This document shows positions 7,687-15,889 of a DNA stretch of 24,000 bases, piece after piece (position 1 is the first letter of the stretch; the number at the start of each line of letters is the position of its first letter). Source of the stretch: Methanorbis furvi. Lineage in GTDB: Archaea; Halobacteriota; Methanomicrobia; Methanomicrobiales; Methanocorpusculaceae. The notes under the pieces were generated by a model that saw only the letters and a list, made by a program, of their open reading frames with translations, ran no database searches and was not told where the DNA came from. Position numbers and translations under genes: made by a program. The DNA is taken from positions 30,505-54,504 of the forward strand of contig NZ_JAWDKA010000008.1 of assembly GCF_032714615.1 (NCBI RefSeq), in the 5' to 3' direction.

Positions 7687-9141
7687 ATGCAGAATGAACA
7701 TCCAACCGGTTTCGCTTTAACACTCCTCCTCATATCAGCATCGCTCGCAACCTTCATGTCCGCACTTGACGGTACCATCGTCAATATTGCCCTCCCGACC
7801 ATCGCCGAATCATTCGACCTCAGCTCCTCCTCGGTCGCCTGGGTCTCCACTATCTATCTGCTGGTCATGGCAGGATTCCTTCTCATCATAGGAAAAATAT
7901 CCGATGTCATAGGATTCAAAAAAATATTTCTCGCAGGATTCATCCTCTTCACCATAGGATCATTCACTTGCGGATTTTTACCGGATTTCACCGGACAGTT
8001 CTCCACTCTTCTCGGTTCTCGTGCCCTTCAGGCAGTTGGCGGCGCAATGATGACCGTCATTGCCCCTGCTATGCTCTCCTACTATATGCCGGGCGACAGA
8101 AAAGCAAAAGGCATGTCCCTTGTCATCCTGTTCGCCTCTGTCGGTATGGCTCTCGGCCCGACGCTCGGCGGATACCTCACCGAATACCTCTCCTGGCACT
8201 GGATCTTTTTCATCAACGTACCGATTGGAATTTTTGCCGTGATTCTTGGCTACTTCGCAATCCCAGGCTCTGCTGGCAACAAATCATCGCTGAAAGGCTT
8301 TGACACTCTCGGTGCAGTCCTCGTTTTCGTCGGACTTGCCTCACTGCTCTTTGCCTTCTCCGAAGGTTTCAGCCTTGGCTGGACCTCTGCCACGATCCTG
8401 GTATCCTTAGCCCTTGCCGTTATCGGAATTGGCGGATTCCTCTGGCGCGAGCTGCACTACAAGAATCCCCTTCTTGACCTCAGCCTGTTCAGGAGCAGAT
8501 CCTTTATCATACTCAACCTGCTCGTCGTTCTGTTGTTCTTCACATTTGCAGGAGTAAACTATCTCCTCCCCTTCTATCTCCAGCATGTTCACAACTACAG
8601 CACTTCGTTCTCCGGTCTCATCATTACTGCAATGTCGGTGGGCATGATGGTCAGCGGAGTTCTCGCAGGTCTCATCTATGCAAAGCTTGTCGGTAAAATC
8701 CGTTATCTTGTCATGGCAGGTGTTGCACTGCTGGTGATCGGTTTCCTCCTTCTCACGGATCTGAATGCGACAACCGATCTCGGCCAGATTGTTCTGTCCC
8801 TTGCCCTGATTGGTTTTGGCCTTGGTCTTACCACAACGTCCCTTACCACGCTCATCATGAACGCAGCCCCCCAGTCAAAGCAGGGCATGGTCTCCAGCAT
8901 CACGGGTCTTGAACGGTTTGCTCCAATGACGATCGGTGTTGCGGTCTATAACATCATCTTCGTCTACGGCATTATCTCTGCAGTCCAGAACTCAGGCATC
9001 ACCGAAATGCCGCCGGCATCAATCGCTGCTGATATTCTCAGCTATGGATTTGATCTGGCGTTCATTGTATCGGTAGGACTTTCCATTCTTCTCTTCATTC
9101 TCTGCATCTTCATCCGTGAAGAGCGGGCAGTGGAAGAATAA
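7687..9141 (+). CDS. MFS transporter, 14-TMS DHA2 (EmrB/QacA-like) family
   Basis: 484 aa with about 14 hydrophobic segments. It has an MFS motif-A-like loop GKISDVIGFKKIF and the N-terminal LDGTIVNIALPTI signature typical of DHA2. Confidence 0.85.
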   Translation: MQNEHPTGFALTLLLISASLATFMSALDGTIVNIALPTIAESFDLSSSSVAWVSTIYLLVMAGFLLIIGKISDVIGFKKIFLAGFILFTIGSFTCGFLPDFTGQFSTLLGSRALQAVGGAMMTVIAPAMLSYYMPGDRKAKGMSLVILFASVGMALGPTLGGYLTEYLSWHWIFFINVPIGIFAVILGYFAIPGSAGNKSSLKGFDTLGAVLVFVGLASLLFAFSEGFSLGWTSATILVSLALAVIGIGGFLWRELHYKNPLLDLSLFRSRSFIILNLLVVLLFFTFAGVNYLLPFYLQHVHNYSTSFSGLIITAMSVGMMVSGVLAGLIYAKLVGKIRYLVMAGVALLVIGFLLLTDLNATTDLGQIVLSLALIGFGLGLTTTSLTTLIMNAAPQSKQGMVSSITGLERFAPMTIGVAVYNIIFVYGIISAVQNSGITEMPPASIAADILSYGFDLAFIVSVGLSILLFILCIFIREERAVEE

Positions 9142-9168
9142 TTTTTTTTCAAAAATAATTTTTTTTTT
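9142..9168 (+). terminator. Double oligo-T tract after MFS gene 1
   Basis: T8 (9142-9149) and T10 (9159-9168) lie directly after the stop codon at 9139-9141. Confidence 0.35.
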
Positions 9169-9220
9169 CGGAAAGTACGTCCCCTATACTGTTATATTCA
9201 GCTACCGCGTATATTGTGCA

Positions 9221-10717
9221 ATGTCAAAATCCACGGCTAATACCGCGGCAACATGTGGCGTAGGGCTTTTGATCTTCGTGGTCGCCCTTGCAGCATTCAT
9301 GTCCGCCCTTGACGGAACCATCGTCAACATCGCAATTCCCACCATTTCAGAGATCTTCAATCTCTCCGCATCCTCGGTCAGCTGGGTTGCAACCATCTAT
9401 CTGCTGGTGATGGCAGGCTGTATTCTCATCTGCGGAAAAGTTGCGGATGTAGTTGGGTTCAAGAAGATTTTTCTTGCAGGTTTTGCAATATTCACCATAG
9501 GCTCCTTTGCCTGCGGATTTTTCCCCGGACTTCTGGACTCCTACCCTTCGCTTCTGATAGGCCGTGTCTTACAGGCAATTGGCGGTGCAATGCTGATGGC
9601 GATTGCTCCGGCAATGATAACCACGTTTGTTCCTCTGAACCAGAAAGGAAAAGCGATGGGAATTCTGATGACCATTGCTGCTCTCGGCACTGCTCTTGGT
9701 CCGGTTCTCGGAGGATTTTTGACCCAGTACCTCTCCTGGGAATGGATCTTTTACATCAACGTGCCTGTGGGCATCATTGCTATTGCTCTTGGATTCAAAG
9801 CGATTCCTGTGCAGGATAAGAGCACGGCAACGCTCAAGACGTTTGATAAATACGGCGCTGTACTCATCTTCCTTGGCCTTGCAACGCTGCTCTACGCTTT
9901 CTCTGAAGGTCTGTCCCTTGGCTGGACCAGTCCGGTGATTCTCGGTTGCTTTGCAGTTGCCGCAGTTACGCTTGTCGGGTTTGTTATCCGCCAGCTCAGG
10001 TATGCTGAGCCGCTGCTTGATCTGAGGCTGTTCAAAAACCCGAACTTTTTCTTAACCAATCTGGCATTTGTCCTTGTGATTGCAAGCTTTGCCGGAATTA
10101 ACTATCTGATGCCGTTTTTTCTGCAGTATGTCCGCGACTTCAGCGTCTCTGATGCAGGACTTGTGCTGACTTCGCTTTCGATTGGTATGATGGTCACCGG
10201 CATTCTTTCAGGGATACTTTTCAACAAATTCGGCGGAAAAATCCTCTGTATTGTTGGTGCCCTGCTGCTGCTTACCGGCTACTTCCAGCTCTGGCACATG
10301 GACTCGCTGACCAGCACCGGCTATATTATCGGCGCACTCTTTGTTGTGGGTCTTGGTCTCGGCATGATGATGTCGCCGTTGACCAATATGATTCTCTCTT
10401 CTGTTGCTAAAGGCAAACAGGGTATGGTCTCGAGCCTCACGGGTCTTGAGCAGTTTGCTCCGATGACGATCGGTATTGCTGTCTACAACCTTATTCTGGT
10501 CTGGGGCATCACGACGATTGCGGCCGCGGAAAATATTACGGAGACAACGCCGATCAATATCCAGATGGATCTGCTTGCCCATGGGTTTGATGTGGCGTTC
10601 CTTGCATCCTTTATCCTCGCGGTCTTTGTGCTAATACTTTCTCTTGTTATCCGTCAGAAGACGCACCCTGATCATCAGGGCAGCACAGAACTTGAGCATG
10701 CGGGCGGGATTATCTAA
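9221..10717 (+). CDS. MFS transporter, 14-TMS DHA2 family (tandem paralog)
   Basis: It is collinear with the upstream paralog (LDGTIVNIAIPTI, GKVADVVGFKKIF, LTGLEQFAPMTIG). I chose the ATG at 9221 (MSKSTANT...) because the ORF-track start at 9116 lies inside the previous gene and its T-rich terminator. A TATA-like GTTATATTC at 9191-9199 is centred about 26 nt upstream. Confidence 0.85.
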   Translation: MSKSTANTAATCGVGLLIFVVALAAFMSALDGTIVNIAIPTISEIFNLSASSVSWVATIYLLVMAGCILICGKVADVVGFKKIFLAGFAIFTIGSFACGFFPGLLDSYPSLLIGRVLQAIGGAMLMAIAPAMITTFVPLNQKGKAMGILMTIAALGTALGPVLGGFLTQYLSWEWIFYINVPVGIIAIALGFKAIPVQDKSTATLKTFDKYGAVLIFLGLATLLYAFSEGLSLGWTSPVILGCFAVAAVTLVGFVIRQLRYAEPLLDLRLFKNPNFFLTNLAFVLVIASFAGINYLMPFFLQYVRDFSVSDAGLVLTSLSIGMMVTGILSGILFNKFGGKILCIVGALLLLTGYFQLWHMDSLTSTGYIIGALFVVGLGLGMMMSPLTNMILSSVAKGKQGMVSSLTGLEQFAPMTIGIAVYNLILVWGITTIAAAENITETTPINIQMDLLAHGFDVAFLASFILAVFVLILSLVIRQKTHPDHQGSTELEHAGGII

Positions 10718-10744
10718 TCTTTTTTTGAAATAAATTTCTTTATT

Positions 10745-10819
10745 GAGAATTTTACAAATAATTTTTTGGGATACTCTATGAACCAAAAAAATCGACTAAA
10801 TTTTTTTGTGGTATCACAG
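10745..10819 (+). repeat. Solo B-type centre module of the palindromic element, without arms
   Basis: GAGAATTTTACAAATAATTTT...CCAAAAAAATCGACTAAATTTTTTTGTGGTATCACAG aligns by eye with the copy 3 centre AATAATTTTGCAAAAATATTT...CAAAAAAAGATCATTAATTTTTTTATGGTATCACACAG (15659-15731). No CACGG arms flank it. Confidence 0.55.
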
Positions 10820-10872
10820 CCCCCTCATTCATTTACGTTTATCACTCTCCGCGTCCAAAAGATACATACTCT

Positions 10873-12306
10873 ATGGACTGGGCAGAACGATACCGGCCCG
10901 AGCATCTCGCAGACATTCTCGGAAACAACGCCGCAGTCAAACAGATATCAGACTGGGCGCGAAACTGGACGCCAAGCTCCCGCCCTCTTCTGATCACCGG
11001 AAAACCCGGCATCGGAAAAACCTCCGCAGCCTTAGCCCTCGCCCGCGACATGGACTGGGAGGTTCTGGAGCTGAACGCAAGTGATGCCAGAACCAAATCA
11101 GTGATCGAGCGGGTTGCCGGAAACTCTGCTGCGACCACCAGCCTCTTTGGCGCGAGCCGAAAACTGATCATCATCGACGAAGCTGACAACCTCGAAGGAA
11201 ATGCTGACCGTGGGGGTGCACGCGCGATCGCTGATATTTTGAAAGAAGCCCGCCAGCCGATCATATTGATCGCAAACGATGCATATGGAGTTTCGGATTC
11301 GATTCGCAAGCTCTGTGATGCTGTGCCTTTCCGTTCCATCACTTCGTCCACGATGGAGAAGCGGATGCGTGAGATCTGCACAATGGAAAAGATCTCCTGC
11401 GGTACAGACGCACTTTCCGCGATCGCGGAGAGTGCATCAGGCGACATGCGGTCTGCGGTCAATATGCTGTTCGGCGCATCAACCGGCAAAACCGCCATCA
11501 CTGCTGAGGATGTAAACACCTCGCAGAAGGATGAACGCGCAAGCATTTTTGATCTGGTCGCAGGAGTCTATTCTGGTGCTCCTGATGCAAAACTTCAGAA
11601 GCTCTCGCGCGAGTGTGAGGAGAAACCCGACACCGTTATGCAGTGGGTTGAGGAGTCTGCGTCCGCGGTCGCTGATGCCGGCAGGCGAGCAAGAGCGTAT
11701 GCCGCACTCTCCCGTGCAGACATCTATCTTGGGCGGACGATGATCCGCCAGTACTACACGCTCTGGCGGTACGCAACTGCGATGACAACCTCAGGGGTTG
11801 CCAAAGAGTTTGACGGCGCAGGGTTCCGGCCCAGAATTATGCCGCCGTCACGCTGGCGGAGAATGGGCACGGCAAAAAAGCAGAAGACGGTTCGACGAAC
11901 CCTTGCCGCAAAACTCGGCGAAGGCTACAGTATTCCTGATGCACAGATTCAGCGCGTTTACTTGGACCTTCTCTCGCGGTTTGCCGCAGCATCCCCGCTG
12001 GAGTTCTGCGAACGCCATGATCTTGATGATGACCAGCTGACGATTCTGCTCCATGACAAAACTGAAGCCACAGCCGTGTTTAAGGAAGCGCAGAAACTTG
12101 CAAAGGAGCGGGAGATGAAGATGAAAAAGATCTCTGCGGCAAAACGTGCGGCTGCGCGAAAAGAGGAGGAGGAGCGCGAAGCAGAACTGGAAAAGTTCAG
12201 AGCGGAAAATCCTCCGGTGCAGCAGGTTGTTCCAGAAGTTGTACCTGAGCCGGTAGTTGAAGAAAAAAAGAAGGCTCCGTCTCAGGCAACGCTGGACTTC
12301 TTCTGA
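10873..12306 (+). CDS. rfcL: Replication factor C large subunit
   Basis: 477 aa. The N-terminus has WAERYRP (RFC box II), Walker A GKPGIGKTS and Walker B IIIDEADN. It ends in a charged Lys/Glu-rich tail and a PIP box. Confidence 0.9.
   Translation: MDWAERYRPEHLADILGNNAAVKQISDWARNWTPSSRPLLITGKPGIGKTSAALALARDMDWEVLELNASDARTKSVIERVAGNSAATTSLFGASRKLIIIDEADNLEGNADRGGARAIADILKEARQPIILIANDAYGVSDSIRKLCDAVPFRSITSSTMEKRMREICTMEKISCGTDALSAIAESASGDMRSAVNMLFGASTGKTAITAEDVNTSQKDERASIFDLVAGVYSGAPDAKLQKLSRECEEKPDTVMQWVEESASAVADAGRRARAYAALSRADIYLGRTMIRQYYTLWRYATAMTTSGVAKEFDGAGFRPRIMPPSRWRRMGTAKKQKTVRRTLAAKLGEGYSIPDAQIQRVYLDLLSRFAAASPLEFCERHDLDDDQLTILLHDKTEATAVFKEAQKLAKEREMKMKKISAAKRAAARKEEEEREAELEKFRAENPPVQQVVPEVVPEPVVEEKKKAPSQATLDFF
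12283..12303 (+). other. C-terminal PCNA-interacting peptide (PIP box) of RfcL
   Basis: The last seven codons encode QATLDFF, which fits Q-x-x-[LIM]-x-x-[FY]-[FY]. A C-terminal PIP box is established for archaeal RFC large subunits. Confidence 0.6.
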
Positions 12307-12319
12307 TTATTTTTTTTCT

Positions 12320-12472
12320 GAAACGCGAATAGCGCGAATAAAAAATCGCCAATGGCGATTTTTCAAAAGAAATTATTTATATTTCTTTGAGGGATTCTAT
12401 CGAAAAAATAAGTAATTTAGTATTTTCTTAAAAATCGCCATTGGCGATTTTTTATTCGCGTTATTCGCGTTT
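12320..12472. repeat. Second, unrelated palindromic element (43-nt inverted arms, each with its own hairpin plus T-run)
   Basis: The left arm is GAAACGCGAATAGCGCGAATAAAAAATCGCCAATGGCGATTTTT (12320-12363). The right arm is AAAAATCGCCATTGGCGATTTTTTATTCGCGTTATTCGCGTTT (12430-12472). I count 1 mismatch in 43 nt, with a ~65-nt AT-rich spacer. Each arm contains the sub-hairpin ATCGCC-AAT-GGCGAT flanked by A5/T5-6. A further ATTCGCG copy lies at 12481-12487. Confidence 0.85.
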
Positions 12473-13108
12473 TTCACATGATTCGCGTTCCGGATGCTTC
12501 TCCTCGTACGCAGCATCAGGACCGAGTGCATGCAGCTCATCAAGTGTATTGATATTTTGGAACGTCTCCAGATTTGGATCAAACCTGCGCAGCTCTTCTG
12601 AACTCACCCGCAGCGTATGCAGCGAATTCACCATATCGCGAAGCGACAGCGACTCATGATGTGCCAGATACTGCCGCAGTGCAGAAACGCGGTAGACTGC
12701 ATGCAGAGGTTCGATATCCGTGTTCTCCCACTCAGGAATGATCGCATCGTACTCGCCGATATGATCAAACAGATACGTCACAATCGAGCGGTGAATCGTT
12801 GGCATATCGCATGCCGCAATAAACACAAACTCTCCTTTGACCTCTTCAATTCCTGACGAAATTCCCCCGATCGGTCCAAGACCCCGCAGCTTATCCCAAG
12901 TGCATCGAACCGGCAGCCCGTCGAACTGCTTTGCCTGCTCCTCACTCTTGGCAACAATCAAAATCTCATCCGCAATTCCCGTAAACGTCATCACCAGCCG
13001 CGAAATAAACGAACATCCCTTGTAAAAGAAAAAATACTTCTCGCGTCCGTTCACCCTTTTTGCCTCGCCGCCGGCAAGAATCATCGCCGAGCGCCGCACC
13101 TCAGTCAT
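12461..13108 (-). CDS. mobA: Molybdenum cofactor guanylyltransferase (MobA-like)
   Basis: MobA motifs are present: ILAGGEAKR, GPIGG, ACDMP and EPLHAVY. The ATG overlaps the panE stop (ATGA). The last ~10 codons (PERESCEKRE) and the stop codon lie inside the CGCGAAT repeat element. Confidence 0.8.
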   Translation of the reverse strand: MTEVRRSAMILAGGEAKRVNGREKYFFFYKGCSFISRLVMTFTGIADEILIVAKSEEQAKQFDGLPVRCTWDKLRGLGPIGGISSGIEEVKGEFVFIAACDMPTIHRSIVTYLFDHIGEYDAIIPEWENTDIEPLHAVYRVSALRQYLAHHESLSLRDMVNSLHTLRVSSEELRRFDPNLETFQNINTLDELHALGPDAAYEEKHPERESCEKRE

Positions 13109-14013
13109 CTAAGCTCCTCCTTAAAATGCGTGAGATTTACGATCATCCGATTTACCGGAGTTGCAATTCCATGTTTCTCCCCAAGCTTCACAATCGCCCC
13201 GTTCATGTAATCAATCTCTGTCAGCCTTCCCCCAACAATATCCTGATACATCGAACTGTAATGCTTCGCGGTCGGCGGAATCTTCTCCTGCAACAGAAAA
13301 TCCAGGTAAGCAGAAGCACTCTTCTGCGGCAGCTCAACGCCTTCGGCCTTCGAGACCGCAAACGCCTCGGTCACAATATCGGTAATAATATTCCATGCAG
13401 GTGTTTTGCGGAGGTCTCCGTACGGACACTCCATCACCGCGCCGAGCGGATTGAGTGAACAGCTGTAGAACGCCTTCGACCAGACAACACTCTTGATGTC
13501 AGCGCTCACGCCGGACCGGATGCCTGACGCATTGAACTGATCGGAAAGTTTCTGCGCTGCATCACTCACTCCTTTTGGGAATCTGCCGAACATCGTTTTG
13601 CCGCCATCAACCGATACAAACACTGCGTTGTCTCCCCGCCACTCAAAGCCGGTAATGATCATAGCACCAATTACGTGGATGGTGTACTCGCTGATGATCT
13701 CCTCGTTACCGATACCATTTTGCAGACTCACAACCTCAGCGTCTCCAAACAGATGATGATATTTTTCGCAGATCTCTCTGGTCGCAGCAGACTTGGTGGA
13801 GATGATGATATAATCCCAGGAACCTGCTGGAACCGACTCGCCGCAGGGGAAACGGCAGGTCTTCTCTCCCCAGATGCCGGTCATCACAAACCCGTCAACA
13901 GAAATTGCGTCAGCATATCTTTTCCGGCAGACAGCGTAGACCTCCGCATGCTCTGATAACATAGCAGCAACGGTCAGACCAACAGCTCCGGCTCCGAGTA
14001 TGAGTATCCGCAT
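13105..14013 (-). CDS. panE: 2-dehydropantoate 2-reductase (ketopantoate reductase, PanE/ApbA family)
   Basis: It has an N-terminal Rossmann motif MRILILGAGAVG and the family C-terminal signature SSMYQDIVGGRLTEIDYMNGAIV...GIATPVN. Confidence 0.8.
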   Translation of the reverse strand: MRILILGAGAVGLTVAAMLSEHAEVYAVCRKRYADAISVDGFVMTGIWGEKTCRFPCGESVPAGSWDYIIISTKSAATREICEKYHHLFGDAEVVSLQNGIGNEEIISEYTIHVIGAMIITGFEWRGDNAVFVSVDGGKTMFGRFPKGVSDAAQKLSDQFNASGIRSGVSADIKSVVWSKAFYSCSLNPLGAVMECPYGDLRKTPAWNIITDIVTEAFAVSKAEGVELPQKSASAYLDFLLQEKIPPTAKHYSSMYQDIVGGRLTEIDYMNGAIVKLGEKHGIATPVNRMIVNLTHFKEELR

Positions 14014-14272
14014 AGTAATTTCGGAATTATATTCGTTTTAACAATACATGAAGTCAACAGATTGAACATTACAGTAGTATTTTGAGCCGCCCGCGAAATG
14101 CAGGCCTTCACCGCAGCTTGGAAATCTCCTGCAAACCCAACAGACCGGCATCCTGACTGGGAAAAAACTCATCTCTTTCGCCCCCTCCTTCCCAAGAAAA
14201 TTATACACAAATACTCATCCTGATATGTATTGTAACAATATCGGCCTACAAATCATCACAATACGTTACAAT

Positions 14273-14282
14273 AAATTAAATA
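14273..14282 (+). promoter_or_regulatory. TATA-like box upstream of the binding-protein gene
   Basis: AAATTAAATA is centred about 28 nt upstream of the ATG at 14306, which supports that ATG as a leaderless start. Confidence 0.3.
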
Positions 14283-14305
14283 CACCTGTCGAACAATATG
14301 AATGT

Positions 14306-15532
14306 ATGAATACAAAGCATCTGCTTGCAGCTGCAGGTCTTCTTGTTGTGTGTGCGGCAATGGTTTTTGCCGCCGGTTGTGTAACAACACCGAACGACTC
14401 CGACAAAACTCCGACAGTGGAAATTCTCTACACCGGAGCTGGTACTATGCCCGCACTTCTTGCAACCGGAAAAATTGACGGATACATCATCTGGCAGCCG
14501 TTTGTGGCGGTCGGTGTCGAAGGCGATGTAGGAAAAATCGTTTCATACAGCCAGAACCTGCCGCCGGAAGGCATGTGGGTGGAGCACACCTGCTGTGCTT
14601 TTGGTGCAAACTCCGAAGCGCTGAAAAATCCTGACATTGCCACGAGCCTTGTTGCGCTCACCATTCTTGGCAACAAGTACATCAACGATTATCCTGACAA
14701 ATCCGCAGAGCTTACCGCAGACTGGCTGTTCTCCAAACAGGACATGACGTATGGTGAGATCACCGTGAACTCGGTTGACGTGCTGGAGGCTTCAATTCCG
14801 ACAATTATGTTCTCAAGCAAGGTGACAAACACCTGGCTTGACAGCAATGAGGAGTTCATCAACGCCCAGCGTGAGCTTGGTCTGATCTCAGGAAAACTCC
14901 TGTCCACTACCCCGGCACAGTCCAAGGATCTGCTCTATGATTTCGGCCCGTACGAGTCAGCGACCCAGCAGATTGCCAGCGGCAAACTTACGACGCCCGC
15001 GGCCGTGAAGACGCCGATTTCGATTGGATACCTGCCAAGCGATCATGATGCTCCGCTGTTTGTCCTTCTGAAGGACTGGCAGTACTTCAAGGACACCTAC
15101 AACTCCTATCTGAAACCGACCACCGATAAGGCAGGAAAGGTTTCTGAGGCAGAGCTTTTCATCAATGGCGAGAAGATTGCTGATGTGAAGTTCGTCGAAG
15201 GAACTGGCGGCCCGCAGCTGATGACCCTGCTTGCGCAGAACACGATTCAGTATGCGGTTGCCGGAACCCCGCCTTATATCAGCGCAATTGATATGAGTAC
15301 CGGCAATGTCGGCTTAAAGATTCTTGCTCCGATTATGCAGGAAGGCTCAGGTCTTGTTGCGTCCATCAACTCTCCGGCAGATGACTGGCAGTTGTTTGTC
15401 AAATGGGTCAAGGACCGCAGTGCTGAAGGAAACAATGTGGTGATCGCTGATCCACAGCTTGGTTCTATTCAGGATGTGCAGCTCAAAGCAGCACTCAAAG
15501 ACGCAGGTATTACTGTAGTCACTAAAAAGTAA
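14306..15532 (+). CDS. ABC-transporter substrate-binding lipoprotein, SsuA/NMT1 family, apparently circularly permuted
   Basis: The start is set at the ATG at 14306 (MNTKHLLAAAGLLVVCAAMVFAAGC), giving a signal peptide plus lipobox-like AAGC. The ORF-track start at 14225 adds an unlikely leader. The C-terminal half has ISIGYLPSDHDAPLF...GGPQLMTLL...GSIQDVQLKAALKDAGI, which resembles a canonical N-lobe. The N-terminal half has GAGTMPALLATGKIDGYIIWQPF, the canonical late W-E/D-P motif. Confidence 0.8.
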   Translation: MNTKHLLAAAGLLVVCAAMVFAAGCVTTPNDSDKTPTVEILYTGAGTMPALLATGKIDGYIIWQPFVAVGVEGDVGKIVSYSQNLPPEGMWVEHTCCAFGANSEALKNPDIATSLVALTILGNKYINDYPDKSAELTADWLFSKQDMTYGEITVNSVDVLEASIPTIMFSSKVTNTWLDSNEEFINAQRELGLISGKLLSTTPAQSKDLLYDFGPYESATQQIASGKLTTPAAVKTPISIGYLPSDHDAPLFVLLKDWQYFKDTYNSYLKPTTDKAGKVSEAELFINGEKIADVKFVEGTGGPQLMTLLAQNTIQYAVAGTPPYISAIDMSTGNVGLKILAPIMQEGSGLVASINSPADDWQLFVKWVKDRSAEGNNVVIADPQLGSIQDVQLKAALKDAGITVVTKK

Positions 15533-15535
15533 GAG

Positions 15536-15565
15536 ACGGTTTTCTGAACCGTTTTTCTTTTTTTT
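15536..15565 (+). terminator. Hairpin plus oligo-T after the binding-protein gene
   Basis: ACGGTT-ttctg-AACCGT (15536-15552) is followed by TTTTCTTTTTTTT (T8 at 15558-15565). Confidence 0.4.
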
Positions 15566-15579
15566 AATCTGTGATCAAT

Positions 15580-15862
15580 CGCCCACGGAAAAACGGAAAG
15601 TGCGGAGTTTCACGGAAAAACATCACTGAGAGGCGTGAACAACACGGAATTTAAAAATAATAATTTTGCAAAAATATTTCTTCACAATTTTTTCAAAAAA
15701 AGATCATTAATTTTTTTATGGTATCACACAGACTCCTAAATAATTATTTCCGTGCTGTTCACGTCTGCTCCGTGATTTTTTTCCGTAAAATTTCTGTGTG
15801 CTCCGATTTTCCGTGGGCGGAGCTGTGACGAAGGCATGCGAATCGTGGGCGGAGCAGAACGT
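15580..15862. repeat. Long-arm palindromic MITE-like element, copy 3 (B-type centre, + orientation)
   Basis: The left arm CGCCCACGGAAAAACGGAAAG...AACACGGAA spans 15580-15649 and is the most diverged arm. The right arm TTCCGTGCTGTTCACGTCTGCTCCGTGAT...CCGTGGGCGGAGCTG spans about 15748-15825. Flank modules GAAGGCATGCG and GGGCGGAGCAGAACG extend to 15862. The AT-rich centre spans 15650-15747. Confidence 0.9.
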
Positions 15863-15889
15863 ACCACAACACCAAAAATAGAAAAAAAA

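Noticed and set aside
9116-9220. Upstream-extended start codons from the ORF track: MFS2 at 9116, SBP at 14225, chagasin at 20716, CitG-like at 17301.
   Set aside because: The extensions overlap the preceding gene or its terminator, or add non-homologous leaders ahead of obvious signal peptides or conserved N-termini. Internal ATGs with a TATA-like box about 25-30 nt upstream fit better.
10842-11546. Large antisense ORFs in the six-frame track, for example 10842..11546 (-) 234 aa, 3375..3902 (-) 175 aa, 5260..5775 (-) 171 aa and 476..904 (-) 142 aa.
   Set aside because: Each lies fully opposite a gene with clear family motifs (rfcL, ABC ATPase, fumA, the DUF2193-like gene). Their sequences are low-complexity and Arg/Ser/Ala-rich, typical of antisense frames in ~50% GC DNA.
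13105-13108. The panE-mobA ATGA overlap as a sign of an unusual functional link between pantothenate/CoA and molybdopterin metabolism.
   Set aside because: Four-nt overlaps are a common compaction feature here (they also occur among the cbi genes and the ABC genes). The two enzyme families share no known pathway, so this is most likely incidental operon packing.
14084-14100. GAGCCGCCCGCGAAATG resembles the outer end of the element arm (AGCTCCGCCCACGGAAAA).
   Set aside because: It is only about 15 nt of imperfect similarity, with no partner arm or core. It could be chance. I left it out of the feature list.
14014-14305. A possible riboswitch (for example TPP) or operator in the 290-nt panE/SBP divergent spacer. 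This included CCTGACTGGG and the near-palindromes TATTGTAACAATA and CGTTACAATA.
   Set aside because: I could not find the conserved TPP-riboswitch cores (CUGAGA ... ACCUGAUCUGGAUAAUGCCAGCG-like). The short AT-rich near-palindromes are too weak to call without comparative data.
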